Positions 44,194 through 56,501 of a stretch of 64,000 bases of DNA are shown one piece after another. The stretch spans positions 186,001-250,000 of the forward strand of contig OZ237769.1 of NCBI GenBank assembly GCA_965178125.1, read 5' to 3'. A program made the position numbers and the translations under genes. Numbering within the stretch: position 1 is the first letter of the stretch; each line of letters starts with the position of its first letter. The notes below the pieces were generated by a model. The model saw only the letters and a program-made list of their open reading frames with translations, searched no databases and was not told the origin of the DNA. This DNA comes from Bilabrum cf. latius. Taxonomy: Eukaryota.

Positions 44194-47100
44194 ACGGCCC
44201 ACTACGGGCGCCACGGACACCCCCCCGACAGCAAGATTGACTGCCCTGGAGCAACCAGGACGGGGAATGGCCCCTCAGACACTTTTCGGACGAATCGCAA
44301 ACGCATTTGGAGGAGACACCACGACGTAGCCTACAGAAGCTCTGTAGTAGACGGTGGCACCTCAACAACAGACGGCGGCATTTCCACCAGGAGCACCAGC
44401 AACGGCAGAAGGTAGCGGCCCAACTCGAGCATCACAGGTTGACCTCCACATCCTCTCGCCGAACAACATAGACAAGAGGGAAGGTGATATAGAGGGCACT
44501 TGGGGAGTCGACAATGCGAGGCTCCACCGATTCAAACTGGGGCAGCCCGTTGGAAGTGGAAACGTAGCCTCCGTTCGAATGACGGAGATTTCGCAGAGCC
44601 CCAGGCAAGCTGATGGATACTGCCTGATAGATTCACTCAGAGCACTGGGGATCCACGTGGACTCAGAGTTCTTCAAAGCCATGGCACGCATGCAAGGCCT
44701 GTATGCCCGCCTGTGTCTTCCACAGCAAATCACCAGGGACTCCTTCCAAGAGCATCCAATCAACAAGGAAATCCTCTCGCAAGCCATCTGGATCATGGAA
44801 GACCACCTCATGTTCCCGGATACGGTGAATGAGTGGATGACCGCCCTGCTAAGAACTCGCATGCGCACAACTTCAACGGCGCAAACGGTGGCTGGGCGAG
44901 TACCGGCGGGAACTCGAATTTGGAGGCAGCCAGGTGAAACCGCAGAGACACACGGAAACAGACTACTACAGATGACCGGGGGCAATAAGCGAGCCCTTGT
45001 CAGGTTTTGTCTCGCCCTCCCTGTCGTTGCAGCCCTGCCGGTGTCGGTGTATGCGAGGCGGTCGAACATGAACACGAGCGGCTTTGATGCAGGGGAGCAA
45101 GCAAGTGCAGAAGCAGCGGCTCTACGGACCGCAGCCTAGCGCCGCACTGATGACCATTTCAAGGTACAAGTAGCCTGGTATATTGAAGAGGCAGTAGAGA
45201 CCTATGCAGCGACAGGAGTCACGGTGGGAGAGTACCCCAGCGCGCTCTCTGTCACGCTCGTAGCAGAGATCACGAGGGTGCCCATCATGAGCATCGCAGT
45301 TGCAGGAGAGAATTTCTCCCTCCAGCGCCACCTGCCGAGCTCGACTCAGACGATGGGATCGATAGGGGCATGCGGATGCCAGGATGTCAGGAGGACATTA
45401 TTCCGCGGTACGGCTAGCGGACCTGCCACTGAGTATGAGAAATGACACGGGGCTGCGCGGCCCCACATTCTCGTCAGGAAGCAAGTCCCTCCAGGAAACC
45501 CTAACATCGATCCCACACAGTGTTGCCGAGTACCTTTGGGGCCCTAGTGGTGGTGGAACTGTGCTATTGACCTCCCCGTATGATGCACTTGAACCACTAG
45601 TAGTAGGAGTCAGCAGTCTCTTTGGACCTCCAGAGCGTGTATCCTGGTAGGGGTGCGCGTAGCTCCCTCTTGCGGTCCTGTCTGGCCTTGACCCAAGCTC
45701 CATCACCATGAACGATCTCCGCACTTTCTTTGGTGAGACAGGGGAAGGTATATAGGGCCTCAGCCTCCGAGGACTTACCCTAGCGGTTATGGCCTTGGCA
45801 CAGCGCCAGGGGGGCTCAGTGCGGTTATACCCAGCAGACAAGGAGGGGAACAGCCTTGCTAAGTGGTGCGAGCGTCTCAGCTCGGAGGCCACCGATGCTC
45901 AACCAATTCAGGGCTTGGTAAACATTGCCATCTCCCGCACACACTGTGAGGTCTTTGTCCCTACTGGACTTAATCCACCGGGTGGGAACAGGGCCAGGGA
46001 GCATGCCTGCATGATGTTACGACCTGAGCAACGCGAGGAGGATGGAGATGCGGATGTCAGAATTGTTCGCACACTGTCGACGAGAGGGGAGCTGAATATG
46101 GAACCGGCCATGGTCCTATCAGTCCGCCTTGGAGATCAGCGGAGAACACCAATGGCTGGGGCGGCACTACTCGGAGACCTCCGAGCTATGCTCACGGATG
46201 AGCAAAGAAACGACAGGTCCTGGGTCCCGGAGTGTTTTCCTATCATCAGCACCAACTCTGCAATGTTGGCAGAGAGAGAATCTGTGTGGTTGGTTCCCCC
46301 AGGGACAAGCACGGCCCATCAGCCACGGGGCAAACAGGACGAAACAGGAGGCTGGGGCCTGCACAGGATTAGGGACACGAGTCTTACCTCCAAGCAGGTC
46401 CGGATTGCAACCAAGAACCTGGGGCGTAAAGGGAACCTGGAGGCGATTGAGGTTGCCCTCACGGAGACCAAGATGCCCGATGTGTTCATTGGCACGGAGA
46501 TTCAGGACGCTAGAGGACGCTACGTCACCGATGTCACAGACCTGTACGCGATGGAGACCAGAGCAGGAGACGGGGCCCCGCACGGGGTATGTATCGCCGT
46601 TAAACGCGACTCAGGTCTTATATTGAGACGGTGGGCAGACATGGAAGACGAAGACCTGGACGCGCCGGACTGCCTTGTATGCGATGTCCTGCACCATGGT
46701 CGATGCATGCTGACTGTGATAGCCTGCTACAGCCCACCACAAGGAGCTGCCCTTGGAGCAGAGACGAGAGGCTCAGTATTGGGCAAGGCTTTCGTGGTCG
46801 ACTCACATCTGACCCTAGGGCAACGACGGAGCCAAGGACCGGCAGGTAACTTTACCAGGGACCGACTCGTGATTGCCGGCGACTTCAACCCGACACAGGA
46901 GCGGGACCAATAGGGAGCTGGCCACATGGACTGGTACCTGGAGAATGACATGGGAATGATCGACATGCGCCGCGCACCCGCAGGAGACGGACCCACGCAT
47001 AGAAGAGGCAACACATTAGATGCCATCTGCATCTCCACATCAGCGCAGCTGCAGCTAGTTTCCAGTGAAGTGGCCCAGGAGCCAGGCACCTACTCAGACC

Positions 47101-50100
47101 ACACGGGAGTAATTACAGACTTGCTGGTCGCTATCCCTGAAGCGGAGGAGGAACAGGCAATCCGGCGAGTGGACGAGGCCCCAATCGCAATGGAGCAAGA
47201 TACTGACGCCTCCTTCAGGGCAGCGTACTCACGGATGTTTGGCATGCAACTGCAGCAGCAACGCCTGGTCTGGGACCACTACGTCAAGGAATTTGAGTTC
47301 GTCACAAGCACAGCCCGTGACATTACGTGCCGCGTGCTCGACACAATCCGCTACTTCAAAAGAACGATGGGTACTCCGGCTGACCGAGAGGCTGCAGGGC
47401 AAGCGGTGACGCAGGCTGTGCCCTCCGTCAAGCTGCTCCTGCAAGGATGCTTCACTGCAGCAGTCGATACGGTGGCAGGCCGACAGACGACGAGGACTGC
47501 ACAGGAGGGGCACGCGGAGGTGTCACGAAAGCGCCACCATAGGATCTGGGCGGCACGGACAAGATGGGCTGAGACCTGGGGAGAAGCCCAAGCTAGCCTG
47601 AAGGCCCTCATAGCGGGACCCGCTACTGAGCAAGCACTCTCAGAGGCCAGAGCACACCTAGCAGCGCATCGCCGAGCCAGCCTACGCCTCCAAGAGCGAC
47701 AGAGGGGGCTCGATGGACGGATGCAGGCAACATTCTGGGGTAGCACGGAGGTGAACCAGCAGGCACAGGAGGGGTAGGAGTACTGGAAGATGCTCCTCTC
47801 CAACCTGGACCACGACCGACGAGCTGTCTTCGAGACCACAGAGAGAGGAGCTCGCAGGACGGGCCAAGCATTACGGAACATGCTGGGAACAGCCAGTCCG
47901 AGGGAAGCCCACCGACGGATTACCGATGCGATCTCTCGGGAGGCAACGGTCTGTACCAGGACTGGAGCCGATCACCAACCCAGAAGGAGAGGTACTCATG
48001 GATATCGAGGACGTCCTGGAGGCACACGCACAGCAGCTCTCTCATGCAGGAGGAGATGGAAGTGCGGATGTGGACGGATTCATGACCAGGGTTGCGCCAC
48101 ACATGCCCAGGGCAGCGGCACCACTCAACCTGTACTGCAGGTCGAATGCAGAGGTGGACCAAGCACTGGACAGGATCAAGCACAACAAAGCTGTGGGACC
48201 GGACGGGATCAGGGCTGAACTGCTGATCAAATGCAAGCCCAGCTCCGAGGAGGACGGGCACATGCGGCGAAGCGATGCGCTGCTGTCCCTACTCAGAGCC
48301 ATCTATAATCTCACCCTCTTCTCGGGAATACAGCCCGAGGCCTTCCAAGAGGGGTTCATGAGGCCGGTCTCCAAGCGCAAGCAAGGCACAGGAGTCCCAG
48401 GAGTCGACGAATTCAGGCCAATATGCTGGACATCGGCGCTTTCGAAAGTGGTGAGTACTATCGCAAACCAGAAGGTCATGTGGTACTGCGAAAAGCACGG
48501 ACTCTTTGGACAGGACCAGGCTGGTTTTCGCATCGGAAAAAACTGTCAGCAGGCCTACTCAGCGGTGATGGAATGGATCACTCAACGAGGAGGGGCTGCA
48601 GGTTTCCTGGTGTTCTTTGATATCAAGTGAGCCTTCGACAGCTGCAAGTGGAACGTCATCGAGGCCATCATGACGGAACAAGGATGGGGACGCCAGACGA
48701 TACGCTTCCTGATGGCCCGCATGCAGGTGGCCATCCGCGTCCGAGACCCACACACCAGAAAGGTCTCTACCAGAGTGCAGAAGACGGCGGGCACCCCACA
48801 AGGGGAGATCCTGTCCCCCACTATCTTCCTGGTACTGATGGGGGTCCTATTGGAGACGCTACGGAAAGAGAGGCTCCAACACGGACACCAACAAAGGATC
48901 ATTACCGCCACTGGACGATATGTGGAATGCGGACAAGTCGGGTATGCGGACGACTACGTGGCACTGACATCGCAATGGAACGAGGCAGTGATGGTCATGA
49001 AGCTAGTCAAGAGCCTGTTTGCACTCGCCGGCATGCAGCTGGGAATCAAACCCCTGACCGCACAGGGCCAGGGGACCAAGACAGCGATGATGGCCTTTGG
49101 CTACGCCCGAGACTCAATTCCTGGGGACATGCCAGACGGCGTCGCATGCAGAGCAGCGGATGCGGGAGATGCTGAAGAGTGGACCATCCCACTTGCCTCA
49201 TCTTACCTCTACCTCGGGCTACTCATCTCAACTCAATCGGTGCGAATCAGCCCAGATGAGACAGTCGGGCTCCCGCAGGCTAGAGACATCTGGGTGATCG
49301 ACATGGTACCACACGTGCGCAGGCGGCTTGCTATGGCGTACCGGGCGGCTAGAGACATCACACGAGCGGCGGTTAACGGAAACTGGGCAGTCTCTCTGCA
49401 CGCTCAGCTGCTGCACGCAGGAGCGATCACGAGTGCATTCTACGGAGCAGAGGCAGCGGCATGCGCAACAGGATGGGACTGCCTGTCAGGAGTAGGACAA
49501 GGTACTGGCATCTTCTACGGGTTAAGCTAAACCTAGAAGTCCTCAGGATGCTGGACAAATTCCTGCTGGACATGCGCTGGATGATTGCCAGCGGATCGAC
49601 GCAGGTAAGGCCATTCTCCATGGGAGGCCGATATGTGCCAAGCCTTGCGATGAACACCGAGCTGCTCACTGCAACAGCAGCGGGACGAGTTGCAGTGAGC
49701 CTGCTAGATCTGATCGAGTGCCCCCTGAAAAAGGGCCTTGACGTAGCAGCCAGGTACATGTACCAGGGCCGACACCTGCAGGGACCACCGCTACAGACGG
49801 GCCCCCTCGGGGCCGCCCTGGCACTGGGATACAGAATCAAGATGCCTGGGCGGATTCTACATTCTGACGACGCGAAGGACTGGCTGGGATATCAAGAGAC
49901 TGCGAAAAGAGTCACGAAATGGAGGCGATCTACGTCCGGAGCTTCGGAACGGGCATTCACAAGCCTTAGCCTGGGATGCTCGCACGATCCAGCACTGTCA
50001 GACCAAGACCGGGAGCGCGCCGCGTGCGGAGTGGTGATGTTTAACCGATTTGCAACGAAAGGACGGAATGCTTTTGGACCAGGAGCCATGGTGACTACAG

Positions 50101-50828
50101 CGGCAATGCAGGAGTACGGTCATCAAGGAAGACGAATCCTGCGCATCCGAGCTGGACAATACCCACAACAGGGAACGCCCAACCTCCAGGTATCGGGCAC
50201 CGCGGTAGAGCAGATGGAGCGGGCTGAGCATGAGCGTCACGCCGAAACGAAGCCGTGGCAACCTGATGCCGGGGATCAGAATAGAGGGAGGTCGCCCGCC
50301 TCTCTTCGGAAGGCATGGGCGAAGACAGCTCTCGCCCTGGATCCCTGGGACGAGAAGCTGGAGCACACCAACAGGGCCAAGCCAATCGTCGAAGACGCGC
50401 TCATTCGGATAGAGCGCACGATTGCACGGTCCTCGGAACGTACAGCTGTCAAGGTGCTGGCCAACCAAGTGGTGCAGGTGCTCAGAAACCAGCTGCGCCA
50501 GCAGGAGCAACTGACATGCAGGCAGTGGATGCGTGGTGATGCGGCGGCTGCCTTAGCCGCCACGGCCACGCAGGAGCTGATAGCGGCAACCAATGCGAAC
50601 GCCCGACTACAGCGACGGATTTTCAAGCCCCACGGCTTGCTAAAGGATATAGAGAGGCAATGGGCCAAAGGCATGAGCGCGTGCATGCTCGCCTCTCTGA
50701 AGGATCGTGAGACGCAGAGACGGTCATGGAGGAGGAAATGGTGGGTCTCGACCGGGGACCCCGATGTGGGACTGGACCGCGCCTTGTGCCGGGCACACGC
50801 TCCGCACCTGTATGCTTTCTCCTTGTGA
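43466..50828 (+). pseudogene. Retrotransposon polyprotein: hydrophobic N-terminus, RG/polyQ, possible OTU-like domain, APE (~46390-47130), RT (~48160-49230)
   Basis: APE motifs: RIATKNL, PDVFIGTE, GVCIAVK, VIACYSPP, VIAGDFN, TLDAI, SDHTGV. RT motifs: KAVGPDGI, FRPICWTSALSK, QAGFR, FFDIK*AFDS, GTPQGEILSP, YADD, YLYLG. Many TAGs read through, but there are frameshifts near 45350-45400, 47935 and 49500, and a TGA at 48628. Confidence 0.85.
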
Positions 50829-51119
50829 AGGCAACAGGCTGGGGGCCTGTGGGGGACCACACTGATGGCGAAGAATGGGAACTCGGCGGCATAGGCTGAG
50901 AACGGGGGGCCTTTGGCCTGAAAGGGTCGGGGGTCTTGTAGTCCTTTGTTTTTAGGGCTCCTCTGGATCTAGGTGATCACCCAAACCCCCTCGGGGGCGA
51001 CGGTGCATCTGGGTGTTTATGGAATCTTTACCCAACAATGTATTTCTGTATTTCTGTATTTCTGTCTGTAGTGACCAGACTAGATGAAGATATGACCTAA
51101 ATCTAGAGTACGGTTGACT

Positions 51120-51990
51120 CGCCATGGATGATTTTAAGGCCTATTCCATTTGTCAGCCACCCCACGAAGAAACCGACCCTTCCCTGGCCTGCTTGCTTGC
51201 TCACATCACGGCTGTTGATTCTCGTGAGGACTCTCCAACGCCGGCTACCCAGGTATGCCGGAGACTACTTGCATGCCGCCAGCCACGGCCTTGCAGTGCA
51301 GGACAAGGTGCAATGGGGCCGCACCTTGCAGTTGCAGCAAATAAGGGAGCAAGGGCTAGCCAAGGCTCATGGTAGCAATACACCACTGGTAGCACTAGCC
51401 ATAACGATGCCCACGTTGGCAATGGCTGGCACTGACATGCCTCATATGACCATGAGACAGCATGGTGTGCAAAATGTAGCTAAATGCTGCATGGATTTCC
51501 GCAGGCGCAATGCTATCCAGCTTGGAGGGGCCTGCAGCATAGGGCCTATGCCCAGGCCGCCAGTGGCCAGACGCAGTTTGAATCAACAGCAAGGCTGCAC
51601 GACTTACCGCATCGGATCCCGGATGTTAAGACCCCATCTAGTTTTTCTAACGAATGTGTTCCGTCGCTTCCTTTCGTACTCCGCTGAATCATGGCTTCCA
51701 TCCACATCGAACATGCCGCATGCCATCGTGTTTTGGCACCACCAGACAGCCACTGCCCGGCTTCGTCTTCCTGCGCTTTCTTGGTCGACTCATTGCATAT
51801 GTAGCGGACAGTGCTTCTGGTTACTGCTATGTGCGAGTTGATAGATGGCAAAATATTCTCAATTTCTACTGAGTAGTCGAGTGATCGCAAAACAAAGTTG
51901 CCGGCTTTGCCCACACATGAGTGCCCCTACCAGTTCCGGTTCCAGCATTGTGGCTCGGGGCGATTGCCCAGGCGTCCACAAACGTCCCAG
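51120..51990 (-). pseudogene. Degenerate relic of a paralog-B-like gene and its upstream region (also at ~54740-55650, ~58640-59550, ~62520-63430)
   Basis: 51700-51990 is clearly similar to 39400-39700 and gives VPKHDGMRHV/MWMEAM split by a frameshift. This copy starts ATG-CAA-TGA. Confidence 0.7.
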
Positions 51991-52241
51991 CTCAGGCGGC
52001 ATCGTTGAGAGTACATCGATTGTATTCCAGTCAGGGAAAGCTGTGGATCTTGCTGAGCTCTAGGCCTAAACTCTAGTGTGACTTTCGCTTTGGTACGCTG
52101 GCAGCAAGATATGTTACATCACAGTGTATCTAGGATACAGTGTACACAGTTGGAACACGAAATGCTCTTGATCCGGGTCATTGAAGTTTAGCTTCCATTA
52201 ACTTAATAGACCATGCGAACCAACTGTGCAACAGAGTGCAG

Positions 52242-52272
<31 letters not shown>

Positions 52273-52279
52273 ACCAGCA

Positions 52280-54394
52280 TCACGTGCCGCCGTCCCTTCT
52301 CCGCTGCTTCCTTGGCCTCTCATCCTCCTCACTCCCATCACCATCCCTCTCTTCATCCTGCTCCCTGTTATTTCGTCTGCGCACTCGGCCCAGATCCGAC
52401 TCACTCCTTACTGAGCCCCCGACATCCAGACGCCCCGGGATCATGGCAGCTCCCTATCCTTGCCCACCTGCCTGTGCCCCCTCCACTGCCTGCCCCACTT
52501 CGGCTGACTGCCCCCACCTGCGGTCGGCATCATCGCCCTGGCCTACCCCTGCCTCATCGTGCATGATTGCATCAGATGAAGTAGCACCTGCACCTGATTC
52601 GCCCGCTGCCCCTGCATGCTGCGGCTGCTACTGCTGCTGCTGCTGCTGCTCCTGTGGCATCGGGGCACTTTCAGGCCCAAACTGATTCTCCTACGCTTGA
52701 CCTGCCACAAGCACGCCATAAGAGTCGGCAGATCCGACCGAACCAGACTCCCAACAACGTCCCCTTAGCGAGCCAGGCAGCGACACACCATCTACATCCG
52801 TGCCAGGCAAAGACTCGCGCTGGCTGCCGGCATCCTCACTCGTCACACTCCTCCCACTTCTCATCCTGTGGTCATGCATCCGGAGCCATTGCCCAGTCAG
52901 CCCAGAGTCCATGCTCCCCGCCACTGACCCGCCATCACGCGCCTCCCCTTCCCGTCCAGCGCTTGCCAAGGCCTCGAGCTGTCTGCGCACGTCGGCGGCA
53001 TCGGAGGCGCGCAATTGGGCTAGGCCGGTGCCAGCCAGATGGTTCGTTAGCGGTGCAAGGCGCGATGCTGGCTTCCGCCTCGGCCTGCTCCTGCCCTGCT
53101 CCAGCAACTGCTGCTGTGGCTGTGATGCTTGGGGCTAATCGACCCCACCATTAAGCCTTCCGGTCATCCTGCTCACTGGATCGTGCGACGACTGAAGGCC
53201 TCCCGGACCGCCCAGACCCCCTATGCCTAGAGCACTCTCTCCATTTCTTAGGATTCGCCGGGCCATGTGCCCCACGCTACTCTCCGACATACCGCTTCCA
53301 ACGCTATTTGGAGTGTCTTTACCGCCATCACCACCCCCACCGTCTACATTTTGGCCGCTCATCTGAAGCGGGTCTGTGCGGATGCCTGCAGAGTCCAAGG
53401 AGGAGACGGCCTGAGGGTTGCGGATGGAAAGGGGGGACACAGCCACACCCGTCCTAAGGGTTGTTCCTCGACTTGTTCCCTGGACAGGAAGCTGATCCCC
53501 ACTTGTAGGCTATTGTGCAGCTGCCCTCCGTCGTACCCTACTGACCCTACTGACCCTACTGACCCTCATGGATCGTCCTGGGCCTGCTCGGCCTCCCTGC
53601 TGCCTCATGAGCCGCTGCTCCATCGGCAGCTCCTCCTCCTCCTCATCCTCCTCCTCCTCATCCTAGTGCGCATGTCCGTGCGCATCCTCGCCCATGGGAG
53701 TCCCTTGGGTGCCCGTGGAGCTCCCGCCCATGCTGATCTCACCCTGTGGCTGGCCCGGCTCTTCGCTCCGCCCCTGCTGCTGCCCCTGCCCCTGCTCCTG
53801 CCTCCTCCGTGGGCTCCCCGCGACTCGCACCGTCGCAGCGCCAGCGGCATGGTCAGCAGCCGAGTGTGCTGTCGCTGCTGCTGCTTGCCCATCCGGCTGA
53901 GAACCTGCCTGCATCGTTGCGACTGCTGCCTCCAATGCTCTGGGCGTCGGTCTCAAGATCTCGGGCATCTGGGATGGATCTCCGGTGAGGATGGCCTCGC
54001 CCAACCATTTGGTAAATTGGCTCTTGGTTGATGAGATCCTCGCCATGATCTAAGCAGCTAGTGGGGCAAACCATGGCTTCTTGTTGATATTGCTCCTGTT
54101 TAGAGCCTTCTGCCTGGATGCCAGGTCCCTCTTGGCCGTCTATTGAGCCTCAATTAACTCGGTCGATCCAGGCTAGAATCGTCGAGCCGCTGCGATCATC
54201 CTGAGGGCAATCGGTTTCAAACTTGTGATGTAATCTTGTCCTGTATGATTCGCACCTTCAATGGTCGAAAGCCACGTTTGCAGGTGACCTGGCCGCTCTG
54301 GTACAGGAACCCTTGGTCCTATCATGCTGCCGCTGGAACGACCAGAAGCAGGAGCGCCATGATCGGGCGAATCGCCAGGACGTCGCGGATTCAT
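52280..54394 (-). CDS. Tandem-family paralog D (C-type)
   Basis: A 705-codon frame colinear with paralog C when TAG is sense. Ends in TGA at 52280. Confidence 0.68.
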
Positions 54395-55932
54395 ATTCAA
54401 AACAAGCAACTCGTTTGGCTTAGTGACTGTTTATCTGCATGGATGGGCTCGAACGGTAGAAAATGGAGCTGGAACCGGTGGCATAAATTATCATTTCGCC
54501 TTTTCAAGCGCTTGTTTGAGGATACTGTAGTACTAATATACCAAACTCACCGCAATACGTAACAATTTTGTTTCTGGTGCTTTATAGCAGGAATGATCCG
54601 AAGTCGGAGCGTAGTAGGCCTATTGCATCCGCCAATCTCCAGATCCGCTAAGTGCTCGCAACAATGATCCGATGGTGTCTGTGGTGGCTTGGTGACCAGA
54701 TGGAAATATGGCCTAAATCTAGAGTACGGTTGACTCGCTATGTATGATTTTAAGGCCTATTCCATTTGTCAGCCACCCCACGAAGAAACCGACCCTTCCC
54801 TGGCCTGCTTGCTTGCTCACATCACGGCTGTTGATTCTCGTGAGGACTCACCTACGCCGGCTACCCAGGTATGCCTGAGACTACTTGAAGGCCGCCAGTC
54901 ACGGCCATGCAGTGTAGGACAGGGTGCAACGGGGCCGCAGCTTCGAGTCGAAGCGCACTAATTGCTCCTTGCAACAAACAAGGGGGAAAGGGGTAGCCAA
55001 GGCTCGTGGTAGCACTACACTACTCCACTGGTAGCACCAGCCTACACGATGCCCACGTCGCCAATGGCTGGCACTGGCATGCCTCATATGACCATGGGGC
55101 AGCATGGTGCGCAAATCATAGCTATAAGCTGCATGGATTTCCGCAGGCGCAATGCTATCCAGGTTGGAGGGGCCTGCAGCATATGCCCAAGCCGCCAGAG
55201 GCCAGACGCAGCTGGAAACAACAGCAAGGCTGTACGACTTACCGCATCGGATCCCGGATATTTAGACCTTATCTCGTTTTCCCAACAAATGTGTTCCTTC
55301 ACCACCTTTCGTATTCCGCTGAAATATGGCTTCCATCCACATCCATGGATCTGAACATGCCACAGAAATTGTCGTCATTGGACCACCAGACAGCCTTTGC
55401 CCCGCTTCGTCTTCCTGCGCTTTCTTGGCTGACTCGTTGCATATTTGCCGACAATGTTTATGGTCACAACTGCTATGCGCGCTTGATAGATGACACACTA
55501 TAGTCAATTTCTACTGAGTAGTCGAGCTATCGCACGACAAAGTTGCCGGCTTTGCCCACACGTGTGTACCCCTACCGGTTCCAGTTCCGGCATTGTGGCT
55601 CAGGGCAATTACCCAGGCGTCCACAAACGGCCCAGCTCAGGCGGAATCGTTGAGAGTCCATCAATTGTATTCCAGTCAGGGAAAGCTGTGTAACTTGCCG
55701 CTCGTTAGGCCTAGTAAAGTGCGACTTTCGCTCCGATACGCTAGCAGTAGGTTAGATCATATCACAATGCATCCATGATAGAGCAAGAAGGGCTTGTGCA
55801 GTGTAGACATCAGTTCGATCACGAACTGTTCTTGATCCGGATTTTGCACGTACAGCTTCCAGTAACGTATTAAACGCACCATCTGAACAACAGGAAGCCG
55901 AGCAACAACAATAGCAACAGCAACAGCCAGCA

Positions 55933-56441
55933 TCACTTCCCGCCATCCCTTCTCCGCTGCTTCCTTGGCCTCTCATCCTCCTCACTCCCATCACCATCCC
56001 TCTCTTTATCCCGACCCCCAGCCTAGCGGCTGCGCACTCGGCCCAGACCCGTCTCACTCCCTGCTGTCCCCCCAACACACAGATCCCCCCGAATCATCGC
56101 AGCTTCCTATCCTTGCCCAACTCCCTGTGCCCCACTCCATGCCTGCCCCACTTCGGCTGACTGCCCCCACCCGCGGTCGGCATCATCGCCCTGGCCTACC
56201 CCTGCCCCATCGTGCATGATTGCATTAGATGAAGCAGCACCTGCTGACTGCCCCCACCCGCGGTCGGCATCATCGCCATGGCCTACACCTGCCGCATCGT
56301 GCATGATTGCATCAGATGAAGCAGCACCGGCTGACTGCCCCCACCCGCGGTCGGCATCATAGCCCTGGCCTACCCTTGCCCCATCGTGCATGATTGCATT
56401 AGATGAAGCAGCACCTGCACCTGATTCATTCATATCATGTG

Positions 56442-56501
<60 letters not shown>

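Larger units (their letters stand above)
42913..51062 (+). mobile_element. Non-LTR retrotransposon (APE endonuclease plus RT), ~8.15 kb, probably degenerate
   Basis: The ends are defined against uninterrupted sister units (e.g. 54661-54740). Candidate TSD TGTCTG at 42907-42912 and 51063-51068. 3' tail (TGTATTTC)3 at 51039-51062. APE and RT motifs lie inside. Confidence 0.9.

Noticed and set aside
48628-48630. TGA read-through or reassignment in the RT motif DIK*AFDS
   Set aside because: This is a single case in an element that also has about three frameshifts, and TGA terminates most host genes. A nonsense mutation or sequence error is more likely.
42913-51062. LTR retrotransposon, group II intron or bacterial retron/DGR RT
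   Set aside because: There are no LTRs or integrase. An APE domain upstream of a YADD-type RT, with a tandem-repeat tail and a short TSD, fits a non-LTR element.
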